Of a stretch of DNA of 64,000 bases, positions 36,431 through 49,377 are shown piece by piece. A program made the translations under genes and the position numbers. The stretch lies in NCBI GenBank assembly GCA_951406725.2, contig OX597821.1, positions 65,038,001-65,102,000 of the forward strand, given 5' to 3'. Every line of letters begins with the position of its first letter. The stretch's first letter is position 1. The notes under the pieces were generated by a model. The model made no database searches and had not been told where the DNA came from. It saw only the letters and a list, made by a program, of their open reading frames with translations. The stretch comes from Octopus vulgaris. Lineage: Eukaryota.

Positions 36431-36633
36431 AAATTATAAATAAGGGCAAAAGAAAAAGATCTATGACAATATGCTGAGATATAAACTTTAAATCTTCAAT
36501 CAAGCTTGCTTTCCTCGATTCAGCACGATGTATATTTATAGTGATGTATTTTGTGTGTGGCGATTGACGATTTAAATCTATTTCTCAGCATATTGGCATA
36601 GAATTGATTTTCTTTTGTCCTTATTTATAATTT
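36431..36633. repeat. Inverted repeat with ~70 bp arms
   Basis: aaattataaataagggcaaaagaaaa...atgacaatatgctgaga...tttaaatcttcaatc versus gattgacgatttaaa...tctcagcatattggcat...ttttcttttgtccttatttataattt. Confidence 0.8.
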
Positions 36634-36640
36634 GTGTGTT

Positions 36641-36683
<43 letters not shown>

Positions 36684-36687
<4 letters not shown>

Positions 36688-37085
36688 AAAGTTACTCCAA
36701 CAGCAGAACGGGTGCCACAGCATGGGGCCACAGATCCCAACACCACCATCAAAATAATACAGGACCAGATACCCAAGCAACTGAAAACCAAGCAACAGCT
36801 TGGGTTTCAGGGGACTACAGCTCTTCAATATCCTTCCTAAATGCCTGAGAGAACTGCATGATGTGGATGTGGGTTTCTTTAAAACTGAACTCGATCTCTT
36901 CTCTGGGATTCCAAATGAACCGATCTCCCGGCAGGAAATACATATGCGAGCAGCGGCGTCGAACTCCTTTGATGACCAAGTGCCACGTATCAGAGGGGGT
37001 TTCACATGCTAGTGTAGCACAATCAACAGTGGTGCCCCAGCATGACCGCAGCTTTCGGGCTGAAACATTTTAAAGAATTTAAGGA
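36684..37085 (+). mobile_element. CR1/L2-group LINE 3' end
   Basis: GFRGLQLFNILPKCLRELHDVDVGFFKTELDLFSGIPNEPISRQE..RAAASNS; 3' UTR matches the SINE B tail. Confidence 0.8.
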
Positions 37086-37109
37086 TTTATATATATATAT
37101 ATACATACA

Positions 37110-37372
37110 TATATATAATTGAAAACCATGAGGTGAATGGAGATTTATTCACATCCAAAACTTTTATTATCAAAAGTTTTCTACATCACATACGGCAATG
37201 ACCAACATATATGTTTCTACTGCGGCAACTGCACTTTGCTCTGGAGGTAATCTTCATCCTAGGCACTGCAATTTCATGAAGAATCCGTTACTTACGTCGT
37301 TTTCAAAGGGAACTAATTCAAACAAGCTTCCGGCGTTGGTATTCAGTTAAAGGTGATAGCGTTACTCTTGAA
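37110..37372 (-). mobile_element. Probable PLE-type terminal repeat family; related pieces at 36070-36182 (+) and 38012-38116 (-)
   Basis: Direct similarity between the three segments; ends at (TA)n; contains GAAAC-ATATAT-GTT. Confidence 0.5.
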
Positions 37373-37559
37373 ATCGAATTGAACTCTGGTCTTATAATCA
37401 CCTCTACTGGTATTACAGTTGACTCGTGGCATATGGTATTTGGTGAATGGCGGTGTTTGGTGCTGCTGCCCACATCTGTGTTTCTTGTGCGCTCATATTA
37501 ATTATATGAATATATATATATATATATATGTTGAAAGACTCCTAATATCAAGAAGTTTA

Positions 37560-37955
37560 TATTTGTTTCAGTCATTTGACTGCAGCCATGCTCGAGCACC
37601 GCATTTAGACGAACAAATCACCCCCAGGACTTATTCCTTGTAAGCCTAATGCTTATTCTATTGTTCCTTTTGTCGAACCGCTAAGTTACGGGGACGTAAT
37701 CACGCCAGCAACGATTATCAAACGATGGTGGAAGGGACAAACACAGACACACAAATAAATACACACCCACACATACACACATACGCACATATATGACGAG
37801 CTTCTTTCAGTTATCGTCTACCAAATCTACTCACAAGGCGTTGGTCGGCCCGAGGCTATAGTAGAAGACACCTACCCAAGGTGACACGCAGTGGGACTGA
37901 ACCCGGAACCAAATAGTTGGGAAGCAAGCTTCTTACCACACAGCCACTCTTGCGC
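37560..37955 (-). mobile_element. SINE family B, full length
   Basis: Reverse complement of the family-B consensus. Confidence 0.88.
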
Positions 37956-37970
37956 ATACACGCATAAATA

Positions 37971-38013
<43 letters not shown>

Positions 38014-38118
38014 TATAATTGAAAACCATGAGGTGAATCGAACTACTTGTTGGATTCTTGCTGACATCACATACGTATGACCAACATATATGTTTCTACT
38101 GCGGCAACTGCACTTGTA

Positions 38119-38531
38119 CAGGATGTTCAAAATGTCTCTCCGCTGTGAATTTTTCGGTGAACTGATTATTTCGAACGGATTATTGGCCACCAAGATCCCC
38201 TAATTTAATATCGCCTGACTTTTATGTGGGGTGGGGAGCAAGTAAAGGATCAGTGTACAATAATCGCCCGAAAACTATTAAAGATCTAAAAGACGCAATC
38301 ATAACCTTCACACGGTCCATACTGCAACAGACTCTCCAAGATGTATTTGAAAACATGTCTAGAAGAGTCAATTTATGTATTGAAAATGAAGGACGACATT
38401 TTTCAACACCTCTTATAAAGGTTTTTAAAGTCTTGTAAAGTCTAATATATTCTTTTGTAGTCTTATACCATCTTATAAATATTTATTTTGCAAGAAAATC
38501 CTTACTGCCGAGAGACGTATTGAACTCCCTT
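38119..38531 (+). mobile_element. Internally deleted Tc1/mariner (Tc3-like) element with both TIRs
   Basis: TA-caggatgttcaaaatgtctctc ... gagagacgtattgaactccctt-TA; encodes WPPRSPNL..PDF and KGSVYNNRPKTIKDLKDAI...CIENEGRHF. Confidence 0.85.
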
Positions 38532-39412
38532 TATTCAAGAGGTTGTGGGAACAAAATGGCTATCGTTAGTATATGTGAGGTGTATGATATAACGTGAGAA
38601 TAGGGAAAATGTGGAGTAAGATAATTATGCGTGAATATTGTTAACTACAGTGTTGAGAAAGTTAGACTTAGTCTCTTGGAATGGCAAATGGCAGGATGGC
38701 ATTCTTAGAAACTGGGCACGTTTTGAGAAAACAAGACTTTGTGGAACATTAAAAAAAAAACATTTATAAAACTTGACAAACTTTGCTGCTTCGTTAACAA
38801 GTTCTTTCCTCGGTCCTGCATTTTGGGGTCTACTCCTTAGCATAATAACACGGACAAGTATGTGATACTATAGCCTCAGGTCTACCAATGCATTGTGAGT
38901 GAATACACATACACACACACACACACACGCAGACACGCACACACACTGTCCCTCACACACACACACACATACACATACGAACACACGCCCACTCAGAAAG
39001 TATACACAGACGTACAAAGGCAGACAAACAATAAAAGAGGTAAGGAATGATTTTGTATGAAAAGATGCATATACAATTTACAGGATGTAATTAATATGTC
39101 AAGACATGATTACATTATGTCAAGTGTAAATACAAATTTTCATATAAATACATTCTTTACAGCTGTTGCAGCTTCCTCTCCTTCCCTGACATACCCGTTT
39201 ATTGCTGATCGCTCATCAAGCCGAATTCCTACGTCTGGACTACGTAACTCTGCAGACGGAGCTGCAGTTTACTGACTGTCTAATACGTTCGGTAATCTTT
39301 CTAAAAACTATTATTACATAATACATACGTATACACAAACACACGCACATACACACACACAGACACACATATGTGTGTGTGTTAACGTCATAAGAACGCT
39401 CGTATGTGTATG

Positions 39413-39468
<56 letters not shown>

Positions 39469-39584
39469 TAGATATACATACATATATAAATATATACATA
39501 TATATATATATATGGATATACATATTATATATACATATATACATACCTATACATGCATACAAGCATATTATATATATATATATA

Positions 39585-39960
39585 TAATTGGAATTTACAA
39601 AAAAGCAAAAAACAAACAGGGGTGTATAAAGAAGAAGAAATAGGTTTGTTAGTTTAACGCTCGGGAAGGTGAGAAAGTCTTTTACGTTTCAAGTCCACGC
39701 TCTTTAACAGAAAGGAACACGAGAAAGTAAACAGAGGGAGAGAATAAAAAAAGACTTCAGTGGCTAGCAGTTGATCATGGCGATGACTGGAGGGAGAAGA
39801 TCAGACAGAAGAGGTAGGGGAAAATGGTGATCCCAAAACGAAAGTGCGCGTGCGTTTGCATGTGAGAGCATTTAAGTGTGTGCGTGTAGATTGGGGCTGG
39901 TGACATTGACGTGTGGGTGTGTGCATGTGTAGGTGTATGTGATGCTGGGAAGTGTTCAGT
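39585..39960 (-). mobile_element. Penelope-like terminal fragment, same family as 14955-15230
   Basis: Shared agtttaacgctcgg.aaggtgagaaagtcttttacgtttc...cgctctt.aacagaaag. Confidence 0.6.
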
Positions 39961-40144
39961 GCTAGTGTGAGCAGAGTGGTACGATGTGGTATGGTGATGT
40001 GTGGTGTACTGTGTGCTGTGTTGTGGTGTGATGGTGTGATGTAGTGTGGTGATGTATATATGTATGTATGTATTTATGTATGTATATACATATATATATA
40101 TGTATGTATGTATTATGTATGTACGTATGTATGTATGTATGTAT

Positions 40145-40179
<35 letters not shown>

Positions 40180-40183
40180 AATA

Positions 40184-40473
40184 TATAACCGTCATTAAAA
40201 TATGACTGGCGTTGTTATAAAAACCTACATTGCTAGAAATAAAGCTAAATGCTGTAATGATGCATTCAAAACCCTGTCGGGTCGATCCCACAGAAGAGAA
40301 GGCTACGGCTAAAGCCGGGACTGACCAATCAGTCAGAAAATATCTCGAACGCTGCATTTCGGGCTAAATACGATTCCTGTCAACATGTATGTATACAAAA
40401 ATGTGCGTTTAGCTCATATTTCTAGCCATGTAGGTGCTTATAACATCCTCAGTCATATTCAATGACGGTTATA
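40184..40473. mobile_element. MITE-like/fold-back element with ~70 bp inverted arms
   Basis: tataaccgtcattaaaatatgactg...cctacattgctagaaataaagctaaa versus tttagctcatatttctagccatgtagg...cagtcatattcaatgacggttata. Confidence 0.75.
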
Positions 40474-40512
40474 GATCTCCATGTTAGTACATATTTGCTT
40501 ACTGCTGCTTAA

Positions 40513-40564
<52 letters not shown>

Positions 40565-40599
40565 AACATTGGGAGGGTCATTATGCCGGTAATAATAAA

Positions 40600-42439
40600 C
40601 AGAGGCACTGGTTCGGTCCTTTATTCCCATTGTCAGTTAAAGGGTTAATTACACCACTAACAAATTTATCGATCAGCCGTTTTCTTTTACTAGTTTTTCT
40701 AATTTGTATGTTAAATATTTTGATCAAACAGTTAATCGATAGTTCAAATCTTCGGTATTGTTCATCTTGACATTTTTTTCTTTTTGTCAATGAATTATTT
40801 CATCGTATTTTTGCAATCTTCTCGGGGATAGGTCTCTCTTCTTGCATTTCTTTTGATCTTATGTTCGAGCGTTGGGGTTTGTCCGAGATCTTTGATTCCT
40901 ATGTGAGTTTTTGTATATATGTATGTGTGTGCATCCGTATGTGTGTATGTGTGTTTTTTAAATACTCACTTCTGTCATTTTTCATATTCATAGGACAGCG
41001 GTTTTGGTTTCTCCCTGTCTTCTTCGCAACTAACACGTTCATCCATACAACGCGTCTATCAAAGACAGTTAAACCATCTTCTTTGTTTGATAAATGTTGA
41101 ATAAATTGATATCTATCTGTGCTACTGTCGTGGTCGCATCTTACATTTGTGTTGTTACTGTCGTGTAATGTCCTAACGTCCATCTAATCTTATTGAATGT
41201 TTCTGTCAATCTCGGACAGACAATTGATCTTTCTGACCTTGTTATACGCAGCATACGTTGGTGGTAATCCTAAGGTACACGTTTCGTTTTTATCCAGTTG
41301 TATCGCACCATACACTCCGAGTGTGTGATTGTTCACATTTGTGATGGTGTTGTAGTTCTCCGGTAGATCGCAGTCTGACATCACAATTCTGTTGATGTTG
41401 TTTGGGTATCTGCCTTTGTTTCTCTCGTGTTGTTGCGGTTGTCGTTGTTGTATCATCCATTTCCATCTGCTGCTCGGTTTACGCGGTTGTACACTTGTTG
41501 GATGTTCTCTACGAGGCTTAATTCCTCATATGGTGTGATCACGTTTTTGAGGGGATTTTATTTTGCAAGATTCTTGGTCTCTTTTCGTCTAATTTCCTGT
41601 GTGTATGTGTGCGTTACGTTCGTCGGTGTGATGTGCATGTGTGCGTATGTGTGTGCATGTATGCGTGTATGTACGTGTGCATGTGTGTCTGTGTTGCGTT
41701 TGTTAGGGCTTATGTGTAAGTCTGTATGGAAAATTTACGGATTCAATCGTCTACATAGGTTTAGCCTTTGCTCACTTTCTCCCACTATTTTGATGTCGCC
41801 TGGTCAATGGTGGAGGTAGGTGGCATTTGATAAATCTATCGAAGATGGCGCTGATGAAAGACATGAAGTATTTTCTTACGCCTAATCTAGAAACATGTTC
41901 GCTATTAACTGTAAGGCATTGTTTTCGTTATTTATTCCTCCTATTTTGCATATGTGAATTGCAGGGTTATGTCGTATGTGGAGCTCCACTTGTAGAAAAT
42001 AGAAATAAACAGTCTCTGACTGCTATTTCTAATTCTTTAAGTATGCGGCAAAGCAACCTGTTTCCTTCCCTTCTACTTATATACAATATATACTGAACTT
42101 CACAGAAGTTCCCGCCGCTAATGGTCATATTTATATACCGAAATCTACCGGTAGATAATTGTTGGTTGTCTGAAAAACCATCGAAGAAATTATTTACCCT
42201 TATTATTATGTTACTAATTGGAATTTTCACTCCCTTACGACGACCCATAGTTTCTACCCCTAAGGAACTATTCTTGTAATGCGCATGGCAAAATTTTGGA
42301 GGGAAAATTTACGGATTCAATCGTCTACATAGGTTTAGCCTATACTCACTTTCTCCCGCTATTTTGATGTCACCTGGTCAAAGGTGGAGGTAGGTGAAAG
42401 TATTTTCTTACTTCTAATCTAGAAACATGTTCGCTACTC

Positions 42440-42440
<1 letters not shown>
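40600..42440 (-). pseudogene. Degraded retroelement ORF region, possibly a Penelope-like N-terminal part
   Basis: LDKNETCTLGLPPTYAAYNKVRKINCLSEIDRNIQ resembles the L..E...LxLgPkFa motif upstream of PLE reverse transcriptases; internal direct repeat 41728-41905 / 42302-42437. Confidence 0.4.
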
Positions 42441-42535
<95 letters not shown>

Positions 42536-42643
42536 ACACACACACACATATATATATGTATACCTTGTGTATATGTTTACGCATATGTGTGCGTGTGTAG
42601 CGTAATTGGTTTATCAACTAGTTTCTAGTTTTCGAGTTTTCTC

Positions 42644-42688
<45 letters not shown>

Positions 42689-43149
42689 GGAGAGAGAGAG
42701 AAATGGAAAGTGAGTGAGGGGTGTGTGTATGTAACATTAGTGAACTCGGTTTTATAAAAGATTCCCTTTAAAATCTCTATAACCATCAGTAAACTTTCTT
42801 TCTCGTATTCCAAGTCAAAATCTTTCTCACACACCCCAGCACACCCACTTGGCAATAGGGATCAGTCGAAAATGATCGCAGTAACAATCACATATGACCT
42901 ATTGCTTGCCGATTGGTCTTTCCCATACACTCTATTTAAGTCATCAAAGCCACTTGGCAGATGTCTGGGTATATTGTTACCGATATATGTTCAAGCGACA
43001 CCCCAACACAACTTGTGAACAAAAATAGACCCGGGATCACAAAGAGAAATAAAATTCCTAATCAACAGAACCAAAGGATTAAGTTTTAAGATACTACCAG
43101 CTGCATCACCCCCAATCGACTGCAATAACAAGGCACGGAACAAATTATC

Positions 43150-43525
43150 CTTTCTATTAAAGCACGATGACTGAAATTATGGGGGAGGGGACAAGTCGAT
43201 TATATCGGCCCTGTGTTCCACTTGTACCAAGTAAAACGACCCCGAAAGAACAAAAGGCAGAATCGAACTCAGCGGAATTTGAACTCAGATGGACGAAATA
43301 CTGCTAAATATTTTGTCCTGTGTTCTAACGATTCAGTCGGCTCACCGCCTTCACGGAATAACTAATATCAGCCACAATATAACTAATACATCGCACAAAC
43401 AACATTACGTTCTGAGTTCAAATGCTGCCGAGGTAGATATTACCTTTCGACGTCGATAAAATAAGTTCCCGTTGAAAACTTGGCCCGAAGTAATTATCTT
43501 CCTCTCCCATCAAAATTGCAGGCCA
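43150..43525. mobile_element. Two diverged SINE A fragments in opposite orientation
   Basis: 43150-43335 minus; 43405-43525 plus (ttacgttctgagttcaaatgctgccgagg). Confidence 0.7.
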
Positions 43526-43556
43526 TATATATACATATGGTGATTGTCTATCTCTT

Positions 43557-43590
<34 letters not shown>

Positions 43591-43892
43591 TGTATGTATG
43601 TATGTATGTATGTATGTATGTATGTATGTATGTATTTTTGTTGAGTTTCCACTTATCGTAAGTTATTGAAAGTAAGTACAATTTTAAGAAGTAAAATGCA
43701 TTGTTTACTGGTTATGAATAATATAAGCAATGTATTTGGAATAATAATTTATGCAAATTTACCTTTATGCAAATTCCAGTATTGAAGGTAATTAAGCCAA
43801 AACCTGAACGCGTTAACCCCCACGCTTTGCCGGGTATTCTGGGAATTCTGTTATAATATTATTGCGTATGCAGCTATTTCCCTAGACATATG

Positions 43893-43995
<103 letters not shown>

Positions 43996-44615
43996 AAGAA
44001 TATGTATGTGTTTGTGTGCGTGCGTGTGTAAGTGTGTGAGTGTGTGCGTGATTTAGAAAACTACAACAAAGCGTATGAGGGGAAACGAGTGCAGGAAATG
44101 GAAGCCAAAAGCAAAGATTTAATCTTTTTCATTCTTTAGAAAATTTAGACTTTATCAAAAACTTCAGAAATTCAGAAGCTCCATCTTTCTAAGTAGATAA
44201 ATGTGCAGGGAATAACTTGCTCAGATCGTGTTACAGGCTCTAATTAGCAACGTGCGTCCCATGTTTATTTACTAATAATCTGATTTAACTCATGAATAAC
44301 AGCTTGTTTATTTCCTCAATTCCAAACATGCCGCTTTTACTTAATGATGGCCGTCATATATTCGTTATGACACGATATTTTCTGGCAAACATGTCGACCT
44401 TATTATATAGCGTACACATGCTTTGTAAACATTCAGGCTTCTTTTGTATCCTTCCAAATCCTGTTGCATTTCCTGTGGACTCTGACGACGATAGCACTCC
44501 AACGGCTGTTCACAATAATAGAACCATGAACACTAGCAAAGCGAATATCTGAAACAGCTGTAAGCCTATAAAGCACATATTAATGTATAAAGACTATTAT
44601 TTATTTATATATATA

Positions 44616-45888
44616 TCGGGCTCAGTAAAAAGTAAGCAACATCTTGAACTATGAAGAATTTGCACCGGATTTTTGCAGTGCTTTGATTGTCTTTTAAACA
44701 TTTTTTGCCAATTGTTTGATAATACAGACACAGATTTGCCCAAATGCATCGATGAATTAGCATTTTTTCACCGTTGTTACAATCATCTGAAAAGGAACTG
44801 TCAAAGCGCGATTTTCGAGAAATTTTGCTATTCAACTTCAAAAGAAGGACGTAAAGTAACTGAAACTGCTCGCGATATCAACGAAACATTTGGTGAGGCA
44901 ATAATCCGTGAGTGGTCGGCTCGAAAATGGTTTAAACGATTATGTAGTGGTGACCTGATGCTTGAAGATCGTGAGCCTAGTAGAGGCTCACCTGTCATCG
45001 ATGTTGGTCAATTAAAAACCGTCATTGAGAAAGAGACATGTAAAATCCCTCGAGAACTGCCAAAAGAACTTCAAGTTAGCCAGAAAACTGCCTGCAACCA
45101 TTTGAATGCAATCGTAAAATCAAAGAAGCTCAACAAATGGGTACCACACGATTTGAATGAAACTCAGATAATGCACAAATGTGAAATTTGCTCATGCCTT
45201 ATTCTCCGTAACCAGACCGGTCCATTTCTCTACCGTATTGTAACTCGCGATGAAAAGTGGATTCTATACAATAATAAAAAATGTGTTTCGCAGTGGTTGG
45301 ACCAAAATGAAAACCATCTCTAAAGCCGAACTCCTCAAAAAAGAAGGTTATTGTGGTGACTGCTTGGTGATGTACCGCTGGACTCATCAACTATAATATC
45401 TTAAAACCCGGAAAAACCATCACTGGAGAAACATATTGCTATGGAATTGCCAAAATGACAGAGAAACTACTACTCGTCCATCCCAGGCTGGTCAACAGAA
45501 AAAGGCCAATCATTCTTGATGACAATGCTCAACCACACGTTTCACTAATGACAATCCATAAGTTGAAGGAACTTGGCTACGAAATTCTTCCCCTGTTTAT
45601 TCCCCAGACCTTTCTCCTACAGACTACCACTTTTTCAAGTACCTTGATGTTTTCCTGCGATAGAATGAGTTCAAAAATCAAACTGATGCTGAAAGTGCGT
45701 TCAAAGAGTTCATCAGCGCCAGAACTCAAGATTTTTGTGTTACCGGGAATAAACAAATTTGTAAATCGTTGGCAAAAATATTTTGAATGTAATGGTAGTT
45801 ATTTTGATGAATAAAATTTCCGCACTAATGAAATATATTATGATGAATTTACTATTTCAAAACGTTGCTTACCTTTCACTCAGCCTGA
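44616..45888 (+). mobile_element. Full-length (1273 bp) mariner element
   Basis: TA target duplication; imperfect TIRs tcgggctcagtaaaaagtaagcaac and gttgcttacctttcactcagcctga. Confidence 0.92.
44790..45814 (+). pseudogene. Mariner DD34D transposase, inactivated (Hsmar1/Mos1-like)
   Basis: WVPHDL, VTRDEKWILYNN, LDDNAQPH, YSPDLSPTDY (shifted frame), RWQKYFECNGSYFD; stop at 45321-45323 and frameshifts. Confidence 0.92.
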
Positions 45889-46052
45889 TACATGTGTGCG
45901 TGTGAGTGTTTCTATGGGTTTGTGTGTGTGCGTGCGTTCGTTTATGTGTGCGTAAGAGTGCCTATATGTGTGTGTGTGCGCATGTACACATATGCACATG
46001 CATACACACGAACATACAAACATGCACACATACGTATATACACATACATACG

Positions 46053-46119
<67 letters not shown>

Positions 46120-46144
46120 GTATGTATATATATATATATATATG

Positions 46145-46195
<51 letters not shown>

Positions 46196-46480
46196 GTACA
46201 TATATATATAAGTATATTTATGTATATATGTATGTGTATGTGTATTGTGCATGGGATTTGTGTTCACGTATGCCTCCATGTTATTATGCAAGAATAGTTA
46301 AATGACGCATAGAATGAAGAGGCACATATTATGGATTAAAGAAGTCAGAGTTGAAATGTAAACAGAGAACAACTGAAAACTTCATGATTAAATTTAATTT
46401 AAACACTGTGCACATCTACACGAATGGAATTTAGAAATAAAAATTAAAACAGATTGAGAGAGTAAATGTGAGCAACGTAG

Positions 46481-46686
<206 letters not shown>

Positions 46687-46966
46687 GATGCAGGGAATAA
46701 GATGATAAATTATATAAATAAATATGAAAAAAATTATTAAAAAAAAGTGCAGTATTAAACGTGACGAGGCACAAAAACAACATATGTATAATTAAATAAA
46801 TGAATCAAATAAGTGAATAAATAAAAAAATAAAAAAAATAAATAAATAAAAAGAACATTTTAATTTTAATGGGTTGTTCGTGTATTTATATTGTTTTCTG
46901 GGCGGGGGTTATTTTAAACATGCTGCCAGCTGATGACAAATTACGTGTACATATACATACACATGC

Positions 46967-47035
<69 letters not shown>

Positions 47036-47131
47036 TATATATCTGCATGTGTGTATGTTACATATACATTTTATATCATATACATATATATATACACATC
47101 CATGCATACATACATATACATATGTTTATAT

Positions 47132-47174
<43 letters not shown>

Positions 47175-48029
47175 CGAAATGCTTTAGTTTTGCATCTAAA
47201 TCTCTATACTCAACGTATTACGTAAATGCAAAGCCATTTCTCTATCTCACACACTTGGTCTCATATATGCACTTATAAATTGATATGTATATACTTATAT
47301 ATATATATGTGTATATATGTATATATAAGTATATATATATATGTATATATTTATATATTTATGTATACATAAATATATACATTTCTATATACATATGTTT
47401 AGATTTATGCATTCATATACGTATATATGCACCTATAGATATGTATGTTTGTATGCATGTATGTATGCATGTATGCATGTATGCATGTATATATGTATTT
47501 ATTCATGTATGTATGTATGCATGTATGTATGTAATATAACTATGCTAATTGCAACGCTGTAAATAAAAAGGAAACGTAACTTATATTAATAACCTCTGCA
47601 CATTACAGCTCCTTCGATGAAGCGATCCATCTTCTCTGCACCATTAGAATTTAAATTTTTCAATAAGAAAATTTTCTGGAAACTCTTCGTTTGTTTCCAC
47701 TTTTTCCCCTCTTTTTTTCTCCCTAGTAAGAAATGAGAGAGCAAATAAGAAAGCAATTAACAAAGACGAGAATGTCATTAACTGCAAGAGAAATTAAGTT
47801 CTCAGTTAGAAAGACAAAAATGCATGGGATGACAAGAATTTCAAATTAGATCAATTATATTTTAATGAATATAACCAGGGCACGAAACTGTGGAAATAAC
47901 ATCGATTCTGCTTTTATTTAATCGAATAATTAGACACGACTGAAAGAGATTTTATAGTGATTCCTTTCTGATACTTACGTATATTTGTATATATGTACAT
48001 GTGTGTGTTTGTGTTTGTGTGTGTGTGTA

Positions 48030-48160
48030 GGGGTGGCTGTGTGATAAGAAGCTTGCTTCCTTACCACATGGCTCCGGGTTCAGTCCCACTGCCTGGCACC
48101 TTGGACAAATGCCTTCTACTGTAGCCTCAGTCCGACCAAAGCCTTGAAAGTAGATTTGGT
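48030..48160 (+). mobile_element. SINE family B, 5' fragment
   Basis: gtggctgtgtgataagaagcttgc...gggttcagtcccactgcctggcacc. Confidence 0.8.
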
Positions 48161-48945
48161 GGATCTCGTTGCAATAGGCGGCTGCGGTCACTTTAACCCC
48201 TTCAGGTAACTTGACTAGGCCAACAAATCTGTCCCCAATGATATCAGCCCACAACATGACTCCTCCACCCTGTTGCTGACGTCGTAAACGTTGGTGGTGC
48301 TCATCTCCAAAATAGACCCAACCACCTGCCCAACTGTCAGGTCCGTCAAGGTTTCGTCCGTGAACAGAAAACAACACATCTCTAACGTTATGTACTATGG
48401 TGCCCATTGAAACCTCAAGCGCCTGTGATGGGGCGTAAAAGGAGGCACTTTCAGGCGTTATCGTACGGAAGGCATCGTTCCATGGATGCGAATTCTGGTG
48501 GTTTTCGATACATATGGATGTCTGAAGACGGTGAAAATGGCTTTGGTTCTTTGCCCAAGTTTCCTACGTAAATTGTGGCCAATATTCCTTAAATCCTTAG
48601 CTGTCACAGTCTTTGAGACCCAACACAAGGATCAGTTCTTCCTTAGCGAAGGAATCGTCTAACCGTTTCCAGATAGTTACCTAACTTCTCCGCAATGACA
48701 TCATCATTGATGATGACAGACTTTTCTTCACCGTTAAGGACTTTTCCGCGTCCCATTGTTCTTAGAGAGGAGGGACGCTATTAGCGTGGTTCACCCCAAA
48801 ACTGAAGAATCTGAAATAAAAAAAAAATGGACGTTACAGAGAAATGACGAAAACATAACAATTATGTTGCCATAGCATGCAAACCAGCTGCGAAAAGTTT
48901 TATCAAAATCGATTCACAGAAAACCGGGAAATTCTAAATTTCACT
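48160..48945 (-). pseudogene. Tc1-family (Tc3-like) transposase remnant, 3'-truncated
   Basis: Start MGRGKVLNGEEK near 48756; VLFSVHGRNLDGPDSWAGGW...RRQQQGGGVMLWADI matches the FSDE..NLDGPDG..W...RQ.GGG.VM.W pattern. Confidence 0.82.
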
Positions 48946-48994
48946 TTTGAGCTGTTGGTGTTGTTCTGATTGTGAGTATATATATATATATATC

Positions 48995-49216
48995 TATTTC
49001 TTTACTACCCACAAGGGGCTAAACACAGAGAGGACAGACAAGGAGATTAAGTCGATTACATCGACCCCAGTGCGTAACTGGTACCTAATTTATCGACCCC
49101 GAAAGGATGAAAGGCAAAGTCGATCTGGGCGGAATTTGAACTCAAAACGTTACGGCAGACGAAATACGGCTACGCATTTCGTCCGGCGTGCTAACGTTTC
49201 TGCCAGCTCGCCGCCT
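48995..49216 (-). mobile_element. SINE family A monomer
   Basis: Near-consensus copy. Confidence 0.9.
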
Positions 49217-49256
<40 letters not shown>

Positions 49257-49312
49257 TGTGTGTGTGTGTATGTATGTATAACTAAATATATATATATATA
49301 TATGTATGTATG

Positions 49313-49369
<57 letters not shown>

Positions 49370-49377
49370 ATATACAT

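Noticed and set aside
38030-38120. Translation YKCSCRSRNIYVGHT resembling a GIY-YIG motif
   Set aside because: The leading residues come from the adjacent Tc1 TIR, the sister copy at 37110-37235 does not keep the frame, and the position next to the element terminus fits non-coding terminal sequence better
44673-45323. 216-aa ORF as a host SETMAR-like gene
   Set aside because: It lies within TIRs, has no SET domain, and the catalytic domain is broken by a stop and frameshifts
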